DNA of 64,000 nucleotides. Source: Trichoplax sp. H2 (lineage: Eukaryota). Below the pieces are notes generated by a model. The model made no database searches and was not told where the DNA came from. It worked only from the letters and a program-made list of their open reading frames with translations. Each line of letters starts with the position of its first letter. The stretch's first letter is position 1. Position numbers and translations under genes: made by a program. Positions 24,518-37,100 of the stretch are shown here, one piece after another. The stretch spans positions 62,001-126,000 of the forward strand of contig NOWV01000157.1 in NCBI GenBank assembly GCA_003344405.1, read 5' to 3'.

Positions 24518-27281
24518 AAAACATCTGTCGAATAGGTCAACAATTTCCTATTTAGAGATATGCCCAACTTAATTGGTACAATTGGACTATCATTCATCTC
24601 ATAATAGTAATGTTTTTAAATTGGTTGTAGCTATAAACTATACGCATTCTATCGGAAGTTATACGCCAAGTACATTCAAGCTTGCAATAGAACTAAATAA
24701 AGCATCTCATCTGAATTTCTTTATTTAATTCTAAAATTAATAGAATAGCAATATTGCTAATTATGCTCTTCTGCATTATTGCAATTTTTATGTAGTCGTT
24801 TCAATAGCGTAAGAATCATATCTAATTCTGTCTCTTTTATTAATAATCATATTCAAGATAAAATATATAAAAACCATAATATAGTCAAACATATAGGCAC
24901 GGTATGACATATATATATTTATTATACATCACTACATCGTCTAAGTTATTATGGTAATATTTATATATGTACATGAGTAAGGCAGTTAAAAAATTTGAAT
25001 AAAGCACGATGATTATGCCACTGTCATGTTATAGCTGTGTACGAATAATTTCAATTCTAGAAAAGTTAATTGATAATTTTGCCACATTGTATGCTATGTA
25101 ATGTTGTAGTCAGTTATTGCACGATACTAATATTGATTTCGTATTGATAAATTTAAGGTAATACTTGGAGATTTTATCACCTCAATAATACTACGCACCT
25201 GCTAGCTATAAATTTCAATATTGGTGGATTTATTGCTTATTATGATTATAATGCATGTTGTGAAAATAATTTGCAAAAAAATAACGATTTGATTATCATC
25301 TGACGTAATTCGATTACCTTCATTTCTAAATATATCCAGTTTGATCAATGCTATTATGTGCCGTCATATTGTGTTAGTGAGGCATTAGAAGTACAATATT
25401 TAGCTTTCGACTTCTCTGCAATACGTATCATATAACATTAAGCATAATGTTAAATCATCAATTCGATATCACTCATTTACTGGTTTTTTAGTCAAAAGAA
25501 TTTGGATATTATTTCAAATTGATGGCTTGTATAACGATAGAAGGCCATTTTTGATTACTGTTTATTTTTAAGTTGATTTTGCTTTACATATTTCGATAGT
25601 TTCTTCACAATAATTTGTTGCATTATGATGAAGAATTAAGAATAAAACTTATGAAGGCAATCACGTCTATCGATTATGAAATTTGACTCGAACGCCTAAT
25701 AAATACCTTGCATGGGAAGATACACTTTTAAAAAGTTTTAACGTAAAATAAATTCATTCATTTCAGTTATAGTTACTTAAGCTTATTCAAATAATTGCTT
25801 CAATAAAATTAGAGAATATTTCTTATATATACACCTGGTCTTTCTATTTTATCCATTTTTAAATCAATCCAGATCCACGATTAATATAGACTAAATCTAC
25901 ATATGCACACATAAGAACTACTTAGGGTAATTAATACTGTGACAATTATATTCATCAATTTAGCCATTACTGGATATGATGGGATAAACTGTGATTGATT
26001 TACGTGTGCAATACCTTAGAATTAGACTTGATTGAGTAAATTTTTTTAATTATGACAGAATGAATAATATTTAGAGGATTAGTTCAATCGTAAGAAGTAG
26101 TCAAGATTGCTAGAATGATAGTAACTATTACCTCTTGGCTTATTCTGAGTCGTTTTGGTAGCTCAGTATGGAAATGACTCCGGATAAGGGTTTTCTTAGA
26201 TAATAAGCAAGGAAGTGCTTAGATATGTAAGTATTCATTTGTTTCAGTATTACTGGATATAACAATTTTCACGAGCATTTAAACCATGGAGTGGAATGCG
26301 AATCAACCTTATCTTTGGTAAGAATGAAAGTACTCATTCTGTACTATTCACTCTTTCTAATATGTTTTTGATATTATTAAAGAACAATGTGAACGGTTAA
26401 CTGACTTTTTTTTAAAGCCAATTAAATCCTTTACGGTTAGTTGTTAATAAGAATGATTATTGCCATAAGAAGTAATTCCTGGTCAAAATTAGTGGTAGAA
26501 AGAATGAACAATAACAAAGCTACTCCACAAGCTGCAGATCAGCATCCACTCGTGGTAAATAACTATTTTTCCATCTCATTTAACTTTTCACCTTAAAAAT
26601 ATCAATCAGGCATATATAGATTAATTACGGATAGAAATCATAATTAAACAGTAATTAGACCTCGTGGTACAATAAAAAAATTGATAAACTGCAACATTAC
26701 ATGATTACAAGTGTTTCAATTTTTTTTATTACAATGAAATAAGCAAGATACCATAATTTTGCAAAGCAAATCAATACCGCTGTTATCCTTGGCATGAACA
26801 AGTTAAGGATATCGGTGCTACAACAGTCAAGTTATGACATTCGGAAAAGTGTCGTTAAGCTAGATGTTAATGTATAGAAGTACTGTACATGCAGCACTAT
26901 TGTTTCATCATTCAGCAACTATTTAGTTAAGAAGGCCTGGCAAGCGAAGATATTTGATAACATCATCTACCAGATATTATACAATTGTATTCTAAAGATG
27001 TAAATCGTCAATTGCTTACAAGATAACTTTTACATCGTGAAAGAAATGTACCACGTCAGCGATGTTGACTGCCATTAGAGTAAATGAGTTGATATTAAAC
27101 ATTCAACAGTGGTCTATTTTTCGTTCGATCATACGCTAAAATGGATGATAATAGTATACTGCACCATTAGGCCATATTTCAAATTCATATTGTGTTTCTC
27201 GTATGATTGTATCTTAACTATGAAAGATTTATAAAGGCGCAAAAGTATATTCAATCATCTTTACACTAAAAGCGTTGGATT

Positions 27282-27729
27282 TTAGTCGATGTTGATTTCG
27301 TATCCTGCAGGTAGCGTTCCCCATCTTGGGTTTCTAGGGCTAAATTCTGTTAGCATAGAATAGATAACATCATCAGTGAGTTGGACCATAACGAGTTCAA
27401 GTAAATACTCTGTTATAAAAGATTGAGTACCATCTCCTATCAATAAGGTAAACTATTGCTAGCAAATTGGTGGGTAGCTTACGTTTCTCTTTGTATGCAG
27501 TGAGAGCTTCCATATAATCGACCATCTCTTGCCTGCAATTTTTCTTTGCATTGACTCCTTGACGCCTGGTACATTCGCTCACACGCTCTCTTAAGACTCG
27601 GATCTCTTCTCGATCGATCCATCTATCTCTGACATACTGATTACGAGCTCTATACCAAGCTACCGGATCGCTTCTATCGATTTCCTCGATAGTCGGTACT
27701 CTCTCAAATTCTCTCTGAAATTTATCCAT
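27282..27729 (-). CDS. NDUFB10: NADH:ubiquinone oxidoreductase subunit B10, short 103-aa form
   Basis: Coding exons 27729-27483 and 27346-27282; REFERVPTIEE...RDRWIDREEIRVLRERVSECTRRQGVNAKKNC (CX11C) matches the NDUFB10 core. A non-coding first exon ends at 28108 (AAG|GTAAGC). Confidence 0.88.
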
Positions 27730-28139
27730 GCGACTATCCACTAATCGATAGCGGAGATTAATCTTTGGCAGAAAAAATCTAGACATTGGAAATGAAAATG
27801 GATGAACATGAGCTATCTACGTAGCACAATGAAGGCGATGCCTAAAGGCTGGCTGTTTATAATTTTAAGGCAAAATTCACATGATGGATAGTGAATATTG
27901 TGGCTAAGGAAGGAAGAAAATTTGGAACATGCTCAAACTCAACTACGACATCACTGCTAATGCAGGGATGAAAAACATCTTTACTTTATTTTTGTGGCTA
28001 TCTAAAGTTGAATACGGTAGTGTAGATACTTTCGATTTAGATTATAGCTCTCATTCTTAGTAATAGATATCAATTTGGATGAAAATGGAGATCAAGATGG
28101 CGCTTACCTTCCTCCGTTGCGGCAGAGAAACGTTGGACT

Positions 28140-29260
28140 CCTTGTACCGTGCTGTACCGTACAGTACCGTATAAACATAAGGTAGTACTGTACTGTACTG
28201 TGGTATACTGTACAGTGTACAGTACTATATACAGTAGTACAGCACACCATGGAATACTGTACACTGTACAGTACTGTACTGTACAGTACTATCTGGACTC
28301 ACGCGTCTCCTTGTACTGTAGGCTCCAGCCGCTATCTGAGCCGACAGACAGACAGACACTTGGCCACCTTCGAATACAGACAGTCGATTACAGTAGTGAA
28401 TGGACTGATTTTTTGTTCTATATTAGGTAATATTATATATTGTATTGCATTGCCTGTGACTAAACTCCGCTTGGAAGTAGTCACCTTAGATCATCCATGT
28501 CATTCAACTTCATACGAGTGATTTCGAGAAGAGACAAGCAAGATCCATACTGTGTAACGAACTAGTTTTCCCCATTTTTCGGCCTCATCTGGTATGAAAA
28601 GTCCACCCATCCGATGTCTGATTACGATCATTTGAACCACCAGTACGTACAGTACTGTACTGTACAGTACAATACAGATCACTTTTCGCCCTCATCTGGT
28701 ATGAAAGGTCCGTCCATCCGATGCCTGATTACGATCATTCGAACATCAATACAAATCACTTTTCGGCTTTTCGCCCTCATCTGGTATGAAAAGTCCATCC
28801 ATCCGATGCCCGATTACGATCATTCGAACAACTGCCAACAGTACAGTACCGACTGTACCGTACAGTACGATTTTACAATGTACAGTACAGTACTGTACAG
28901 TACAGATCAGACGAGCGCTACAGTATGCAGTACTGTAAGCAAATTAGATTGAATATACTCTACTGTACGCAATTGCAACGTGCAGCTATCACACGCTGAC
29001 AAGGGTCGACAGATTCAAATCCAGCTGGAGCAGCTTTGCACATTCGGTGGCCATTGCATTAAGCGATTGGTAAAGTTTCCACTTGGCTAGAAACAGCATC
29101 ATAACACCTTGTGCATACTCGGCAATACAGTACGTAGCTCTTGTGGCTTGGGGCAATTTCTTTAGGCTAATTATACCCCAAATTATCCAAGAGATTGTCT
29201 TGATTCCAGTACCGTATTTGGAAGAATTATTCATCTTGATACCCTCGTCCATTCAATAGC
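28140..29260. promoter_or_regulatory. Divergent (probably bidirectional) promoter region NDUFB10/MRPS22 with a CAGTA pentamer island
   Basis: Head-to-head genes about 1.1 kb apart; dense TACTGTAC/GTACAGTA at 28140-28320 and 28840-28970. Confidence 0.7.
28576..28830. repeat. Three interspersed copies of a ~62-bp unit
   Basis: TTTTCG(G/C)CCTCATCTGGTATGAAA..TCC..CCATCCGATG..(T/C)GATTACGATCATT(T/C)GAAC at ~28576, 28683 and 28769. Confidence 0.9.
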
Positions 29261-29267
29261 AAGAGTA

Positions 29268-31218
29268 ATGGCCTTCGCTTGGATTTCAAGAGCAAGGAAT
29301 ATTTTATATCGCCGCCTACCTGTACCCATTTCCAAGAATACCAATTATGCTTTATGTTCAAGTACTGATCGCCCTTCCGATGGAAAGCAAAAGGAGAGTC
29401 ATCGAAATACCAAGCGGGCAACCCCAATGGACAAAGATGATGCAGATGTACCTCGATTTAATGATCCCACTGTCCAGCAAATTTTATCGAAAATAACTGG
29501 TGTAGATTTAGTCAAGATTTTTCATAGTAGACCTCAAGAACAACCCAAGTTACCTACTTATAAGCTAATGTCAGATGTAGAGTTTAAAGCGGTGCGTGCA
29601 AGAGGATACAACTTGAATCAAACAAATACAACTTTTAAAATTTTCATTGATAATTTCCTAACTACTTTGGATGACAGTTTACAATGACTAACGTAGCTTC
29701 AATCTTTCAATCATTAGGCGGAAGCAAAAGCAATTCAAGAAGCCAAACAATTATTGGCTATGCCACCTCAGATGGTTCAAAGAGAACGAGGCATTAGCAG
29801 AGTAATCACCATTGATAAGGAGTTTGTAGGCTACGATGAAGATAATGCCAATTACATATTTACTGATATTAGCTTATCTGCAACTGATCGGGTTAGTGGA
29901 TTAGAATTTACCCAAATGATACCATTATACAGTATACATATTTCCGACTGATTTCTACTACTACTACTACTACTACTACTGTAATCTCGACTTGATTGAT
30001 GCATTGCAGCTACCGGCCTGTAGTTCAAATAGGTAATAGCTACGTGCATTATTCTTTCAGGATCGTCGTGTTGTTGTACGGGAACCAAATGGCGCCTTGA
30101 GATATGCTACCTGGGACGAAAGAGATAAAATGAACCAAATTTATTACCCCAAGTTAGGCAGACAGTTGAAAGTGCCTCTTATGTTTCAAGGAAAAAATTT
30201 AGAAGTACTCAATTTATGCTAAAGTTAACATACATACACTAGATCACGCTAGCATGTAATCCATACCATGGTGCTATGGTGGCATTTGATTTGATAGGTG
30301 TAGGTCTTAAGATTGAAAAGATCGTTCAATGTTTTTGAAATAATAATTCTATTTTAGAATAGCTTCAGCCAATTACGTCATGCTGATCTCCTCGATTTAG
30401 CCGTACTTCAGTTTGAGCCTGATTCTTCTATGTATATCCAGGTAAACGCGATTTTTTTATCTTGAAATGGGATTGTAGACCAACTCATTTGTATCGTGAT
30501 CGCCAGTAGCTGTAAATTTTCTCATATGCATTTTAGGTTCATCAAAAAACTTATGAAAATCTAGATGATCATAAAAATTATGACCTACTACGATCTACCC
30601 GTCATTTTGGCGGAATGGCGTATCATCTTGTTAAGAGGAATCGTTTCCATGGGTTACTCTCTGATATGCTTACGCGAAAATTGTATGCACATGTTGAAAT
30701 TGGCATTTTCCAGTGAACAATTTGTGCTTGTTTACTTTTTTTTGACCAGTAGTAATCCTTTCGTAGTAATTGCCTCTTTATGCTATCCTAGTAGCAGGAA
30801 TATTGAACTATCCAATTCTTGCTAATTTATTCTAATTCCTTGATGGTACACAAAATGTAGGATATCGGATGCTTGCGATTTAATAGGCCTATATTGTTTA
30901 TTGCATCCTCAAAGTTCTCTTGCCAGACAGATAAAAGAAGGCAATATGACCAAGTCACAAGCACTAAAGGTTTGTCTTTACATTGGATTAGTTTATGAGC
31001 GATAGCTTGGTTAGCAAGTTGAACTATGCTTCAATGATGATCCATTGCTAACTGTATCGCTCTGTCTTACTTTATTTCCTAATTGATCTAATTAGACTTA
31101 TGTTCAAGCCAATGAAGACCTTGCTAGCCAATATAATATCGATCGATTATTGGATAAAGATGAAGAGTTCGCTAAGGAAGAAAGTTCGATGAAATATAGA
31201 AGTGGCGTCAGAAACTAA
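29268..31218 (+). CDS. MRPS22: Mitochondrial small-subunit ribosomal protein mS22, 7 exons
   Basis: Exons 29268-29591, 29718-29891, 30061-30204, 30358-30441, 30537-30682, 30861-30969, 31096-31218. Motifs VQQILSKITGVDL, YIFTDIS, VVREPNGALRYATWDERD, QFEPD, LRSTRHFGGM; Arg-rich N-terminal presequence. Confidence 0.93.
29955..29980. repeat. (CTA)n microsatellite in MRPS22 intron 2
   Basis: About 8-9 perfect CTA units. Confidence 0.9.
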
Positions 31219-31904
31219 TATTGACGTTGAAAAATTTGTATGCAACTGCTGTATTTCATCTGACATTTATTAATTATTGTAAATACTCATATTATAATGC
31301 AGTATTTTGATTTATAGAAGGTATTATGGACGCATTGATATAGCATTTTATTGATTATGGCATATTGATTGCTTTCAGCTTTTTGTTTTAATTGATGGGA
31401 AAGGTTCTGTTCTCCATTTCCTCTCTCTTTATATATGTTTTATAATATACAGAAGCACATATGTCTATAATATAGTCTATAAGATTGGATATTTTAAATG
31501 GTTTCAATGATAGATATTCATGAAGACCGCTTGAAGGCCAGTAGTGTAGTCATTTACCGGGAAGAATTGTTTCAAATGGAGCACTTTATAGTAATAATAA
31601 TTATATGGAAGAGTTCAAGATGGGAGTAGAAACATCAACAGTAGGACTACGTGGTGACTACAGATTGACTGTACGATAATAAAATTTATTCTACAGTATT
31701 GGTTTAGTGATGTATATGATCATGACATGGTAGTCCATGCCTAATTGTACATAGGAAGACGAGTTGTGAAGAAGCTTGGATTCATCGTCTTGACTCCTCC
31801 GTAGAGGGTTGAATGATTTTGTTGTACAGTATTTACAAATGAAATCATTTTCAATGCGTAATCCATTTTTATTTATCACATCAGATTGATTGCATAGAGT
31901 TTGC

Positions 31905-33470
31905 CAAGTTATAGCTGGGTACGGTAGGATGGTGTAGTTATCGAATCCTATAGTTCACCTAGACTAGTTATCTAATGATAGAGTTAACCTAGACAGTATC
32001 CTTTTGCAATTTCAATCCAAATTATAGCAGGGTTAGGTGGGATGGTCTAATCATCCAGTTAACCTAGACAGTGTCCCTTTGCAATTTCAATCCAAATTAT
32101 AGCTGGGTACGGTAGGATGGTGTAGTTATCGAATCCTACAGTTCACCTAGACTAGTTGTCTAATGATAGAGTTAACCTAGACAGTATCCTTTTGCAGTTT
32201 CAATCCAAATTATAGCAAGGTTAGGTGGGATGGTCTAATCATCCAGAATCCTACAGTTCACCTAGACTAGTTATCTAATGATAGAGTTAACCTAGACAGT
32301 ATCCTTTTGCAGTTTCAATCCAAATTATAGCAAGGTTAGGTGGGATGGTCTAATCATCCAGTTAACCTAGACAGTGTCCCTTTGCAATTTCAATCCAAGT
32401 TATAGCTGGGTACGGTAGGATGGTCTAGTTATCGAATCCTACAGTTCACCTAGACTAGTTGTCTAATGATAGAGTTAACCTAGACAGTATCCTTTTGCAG
32501 TTTCAATCCAAATTATAGCAAGGTTAGGTGGGATGGTCTAATCATCCAGTTAACCTAGACAGTGTCCCTTTGCAATTTCAATCCAAATTATAGCTGGGTA
32601 CGGTAGGATGGTCTAGTTATCGAATCCTACAGTTCACCTAGACTAGTTATCTAATGATAGAGTTAACCTAGACAGTATCCTTTTGCAGTTTCAATCCAAA
32701 TTATAGCAAGGTTAGGTGGGATGGTCTAATCATCCAGTTAACCTAGACAGTGTCCCTTTGCAATTTCAATCCAAATTATAGCTGGGTACGGTAGGATGGT
32801 CTAGTTATCGAATCCTACAGTTCACCTAGACTAGTTATCTAATGATAGAGTTAACCTAGACAGTATCCTTTTGCAGTTTCAATCCAAATTATAGCAAGGT
32901 TAGGTGGGATGGTCTAATCATCCAGTTAACCTAGACAGTGTCCCTTTGCAATTTCAATCCAAATTATAGCTGGGTACGGTAGGATGGTCTAGTTATCGAA
33001 TCCTACAGTTCACCTAGACTAGTTATCTAATGATAGAGTTCACCTAGACAGTATCCTTTTGCAGTTTCAATCCAAATTATAGCAAGGTTAGGTGGGATGG
33101 TCTAATCATCCAGTTAACCTAGACAGTGTCCCTTTGCAATTTCAATCCAAATTATAGCTGGGTACGGTAGGATGGTCTAGTTATCGAATCCTACAGTTCA
33201 CCTAGACTAGTTATCTAATGATAGAGTTAACCTAGACAGTATCCTTTTGCAGTTTCAATCCAAATTATAGCAGGGTTAGGTAGGATGGTCGAGTCATGTA
33301 ATCATACCGTCGAGTTAACCAAGACAGTGTCCTTTTGCCATTTCAATCCAAATTATTCGGGTTAGGCAGGATGGTCTAGTCATCGAATCATACAGTTAAC
33401 CTAGACAGTGTCCCCTTGCAATTGGAATCCAAACTACAGCAGGGTAAGGTAGAGGATGGTCTAGTTATTC
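31905..33470. repeat. 188-bp higher-order tandem satellite (~7 units) with diverged ~80-bp monomers at the right edge
   Basis: GCTGGGTACGG recurs at 31914, 32102, 32405, 32593, 32781, 32969 and 33157 (188-bp spacing, one 303-bp unit with an internal duplication). Each unit comprises two related subunits (~113 + ~75 bp). Confidence 0.97.
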
Positions 33471-33801
33471 AATCATTTAGCTTATGACTAAAGTCATGCG
33501 GGACCTGCGTTGTAAGCAGGAAACGACAGTGGTGCAAGTAAGTCCAGAGCTAGCTGACAGGATGCCAATTTGACACACACAGTGTACAGTCGAAGGATTG
33601 GCGTTGGCATGTGCTGCTTAGCCTATACTGTACAACGATTCCATACTACTGTACTGAACACTCATTGTCCACTCTCCAGTATGTATGAGTCATAGGCATA
33701 CCCACTATAGCACAGCAGGGATTCCACTTTGCCTCCATCTCACCATGTACAGTATGGACAACTAGGGCTGATCGCTGACAGAGTACAAGTTTTACTATGG
33801 C

Positions 33802-33870
33802 TTGACCCTGGTTGGTTTGACCATGGTTGGTTTTACCCTGGTTGGTTTAACCCTGGTTGGTTTTACCCTG
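33802..33870. repeat. 15-bp minisatellite, about 4.6 copies
   Basis: (TT(G/T/A)ACC(C/A)TGGTTGGT)n. Confidence 0.9.
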
Positions 33871-33953
33871 ATTTCACCCTTTGGTGAAGCACGTTACGGT
33901 GTATTGTACTGTATCTTCCAATACCATCTTGCCCGCCTTAAAAATCCCATCGA

Positions 33954-34020
33954 CGATACGATACGGTACGGTACGGTACGATACGGTACGGTACGATACG
34001 GTACGGTACAGCGGTACCGT
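33954..34020. repeat. (CGGTA/CGATA)n pentamer run just upstream of the septin first exon
   Basis: GATACGATACGGTACGGTACGGTACGATACGGTAC... Confidence 0.9.
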
Positions 34021-34198
34021 ATCCACTTGCAGTACTTTCACACCAGCTATACCAATGTGTCGGGCAATCAGTGCAAGCAATTTCGTCGTCAGCTTGAAAT
34101 AGTCAAAGCCAAAAGGAAGGCCAACCCAAGGCTGCATCGAAGCATCTTACTACTTGTAGAGCTTGCTGTAGACATCGACATCGATTGAGGAAATCGCA

Positions 34199-37100
34199 AT
34201 GAGTGAGGTAAGCAACAGATCGACAGGTATCATCCATTCAACCATATTTAAGAATGAAATGGGCTGGGGGTAGTTATGAAATCATGTGTAGACTGCTCTT
34301 GGCTCAATACTGCAACTTGACAATCGATAGCGTCGTCTTGGGTCTACTCGTTATCATCTTGGGATTAATCATACATGGAATGGATCAATTGGCTTGTTAG
34401 GGCTGAGGATGCTTGCTATGCCAGGCGATTCTTCCGCTTATCCATTGCCAAGTTACGACAGTTTGATACACTGTGTTGGTCCATAGATAGCTTGGAGAAG
34501 GCGTCATTGAACCCCATGGCGATAGATCTTTTCCGCATCGATCCACAACGATCGTGACTAGCGTATTTCAGTCGAAAACACCATCAGGACATCATCGATC
34601 ACTAACCTCCAATCAACTCTATGATAGAGAGTTGTTTCTGCACTTTTATAGTTGATAGCTTGTTAATTGCAACATCTCTTTTTAAAGCAAGCAAGAAATG
34701 GCAGATTAAAACTAGACTCAAATACTTGTTCAGTCAAGTTTGCACAATTCAATGTACTGTCTACAAGTCCTTTCAAATTGAAATAATTAATCCAATATTA
34801 GTACGCTAAAATTCGGGCGTTAATGAAGTAGTAGAATACCAACATGATAAGGATGAATACAACGATCTCGCAATGCTATGAAAGCAATCGTTTTCATCAT
34901 TTATTAATAGTATTGAAACTGATAGCAATACATCTGCTTGCAGAATTCAATGTTGTGATCGGTTGCATAGTATCTAGCCCGTAACGATCGGGGGCAGAAT
35001 ACATAAACTGCACGTTAATTAGGACGGCGATAAAAGATATCCGATACGTACAACTGATGGTATGACTATTTATTCAATCAAGTATTAATGCCTCTTTTCT
35101 GGCAACACAATATCGTTCAATCCGCAAAGAGTTCTCTTACTTTGGCTTATTTCTGTGAAAAGATGCCTTGAGTAATCATCACAAGCAAAGCTTCATTATG
35201 AAATTTCTGACTCGCAACTCCATTGAATGAATTGGTGGTAGCCAACTACGAGTATAAATGGACATGATACACATGTACATCAATGATGCGCGTACAGTAA
35301 CATACCATCTTAATGAATTAGCCGTCAAAGCTGCGATCATGGACGACCAATGAGAAAAATTGTCTATAACTGCATACCTTTCCAACGTATACACACTGTT
35401 GATTAATGCTAACGCTTGCCAAATTGATTGGTAGAATCCTTTGTCACTGATTTACAATAAAACAAAAGTCAGAGTTACCGAGGGCTTCTGGTGTTGAAGA
35501 CACTAATAATAATAATTAATTAAATTCCATTAGGACCCTAGTGTATTGAGAAGACGAATTATACCACAAATAGTCTGTAATATCCTAGTGTAGCTCTAAT
35601 TACAGCCTTATCAAGTTTGAACTGCAGCAGTGTAAAAGATGAATTGTATTACATGCATCATGCGACAGAAACTCTTTCGTCTGCTTACCATTTGACTTTG
35701 AGAACGTACAGTACAGTATGCACGTATGTACAATATAAATCTAATCAATTATTTTTGGTTTGCTTATTTAATTTAGTTTCCGGTAGAAAGTATCCTAACA
35801 AACGATCAGATTAAAAGTAAGTATAATATTTAGACATTCTTCTTCATAATTAATACCGCGTATTGCCTGCTACATTAGTATGTTTAATTGATGATATTGT
35901 TGTCGCTTCCTTCAAATACGGACGTAATTCAGATTTTGCAATTCGCAATGCTGGGCTTTTTACTGGCAAAGCTAGATTAGTGTCTATAGTACTGGTAGTA
36001 AACAGAAGGCGAATAGTTTTGTAATACTTTGAACATAAAATGATTAATAATTATAGGATCATTTCTTTGATATTAGCAGTCAAGATGATCGTTCAATTTT
36101 GCAATCATTTCTTATTCACTTACTGAACGTAAATTAGGATACAAAATAGTTTCCTAATGATCCTATTACTATTGCAGCAGTACTTTTTAGAGGAACTTTC
36201 TTTCTGCTGAGATAATTTCTGTCTTTATTATAAGTCATAAATGTTTCGCTAAATGGTCTCAGTAACATCGTAAACGCGATCATGTTGTGCTTTCAATTCC
36301 ATAAGAATACATGAATACCCTGAAATGTATAAACGAAATGTGATATCGACTAGACACTAATTAGTATTCTCCAGGCAATCATATCTTATTGTACATCAAT
36401 TAAATTTAGATCTGCACATTGCCTTCGATAAGCGTGATGAAGGCAAAAAAGGTGCCGTTCCTCCGGAAAAAATTACGGATTTAATCAAGGAAGTTTTTGG
36501 CCCACCTCTAAATGGCACTTTAATTGGTTATGCGAAGGACCTAAGCAAAAACCTTTCTGAAAATGGTCAAGAGATTTTAAAATATTTAGCGCTTGTTTTA
36601 CAACTAAATTATTAAACAGTGTCAAGTTAAGTCAAGCACAGAATCAATAGGAATTAAAATTTACTTCTTCTTTCCATTAGGTGGTTTATCGTATGAAAAT
36701 TTTATAGTGGTTGTGAAACATTTAATGTTTGAGACAACGCGCTGGGGAGTCCTAAAGACGGCACCTGAAAGGCCTATTGGACTGGATAGTATTCAGGATC
36801 AAGTCAAGCAGAAATTGCTTCGTTTTGGATTAACATTCAATATTATGATAGTAGGTCGGTATCTTTTCCTTCTGAATAAATTGTGCAATTTAGATTGACT
36901 GGTATGATCGGATCTTTGTTTCTAGGTTCTTCTGGCTTGGGTAAATCCACTATGATGAACACATTGTTCAAGAGCAAAGTGAATCGATGGATGGCATCAG
37001 ATACTAGTCAAGAGCCAATAATTCCGCCAACTGTAGAAATTAAGACTATTTCTCACGGTAGTTTTTCATAGTATCCATAGCTGTTGATAGGATACTTGAT

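Noticed and set aside
28576-28830. CRISPR-like repeat-spacer array or tRNA-derived SINE
   Set aside because: Only three 62-bp copies with related spacers. GTTCGAAT lacks the rest of a B box and there is no cloverleaf.
28989-29427. Minus-strand ORFs of 87 and 66 aa overlapping the MRPS22 start
   Set aside because: No recognisable domain; antisense to or within the promoter of a real gene.
31905-33470. CRISPR array or hammerhead-ribozyme satellite
   Set aside because: There are no unique spacers or cas genes in this eukaryotic context. CTAATGA and CTGGATGA...GAAAC only loosely resemble the hammerhead core and lack the required stems.
33802-34188. 128-aa ORF with TLVG(L/F) and TVRYG repeats
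   Set aside because: Produced by the 15-bp and 5-bp repeats, starts at TTG and overlaps the septin promoter.
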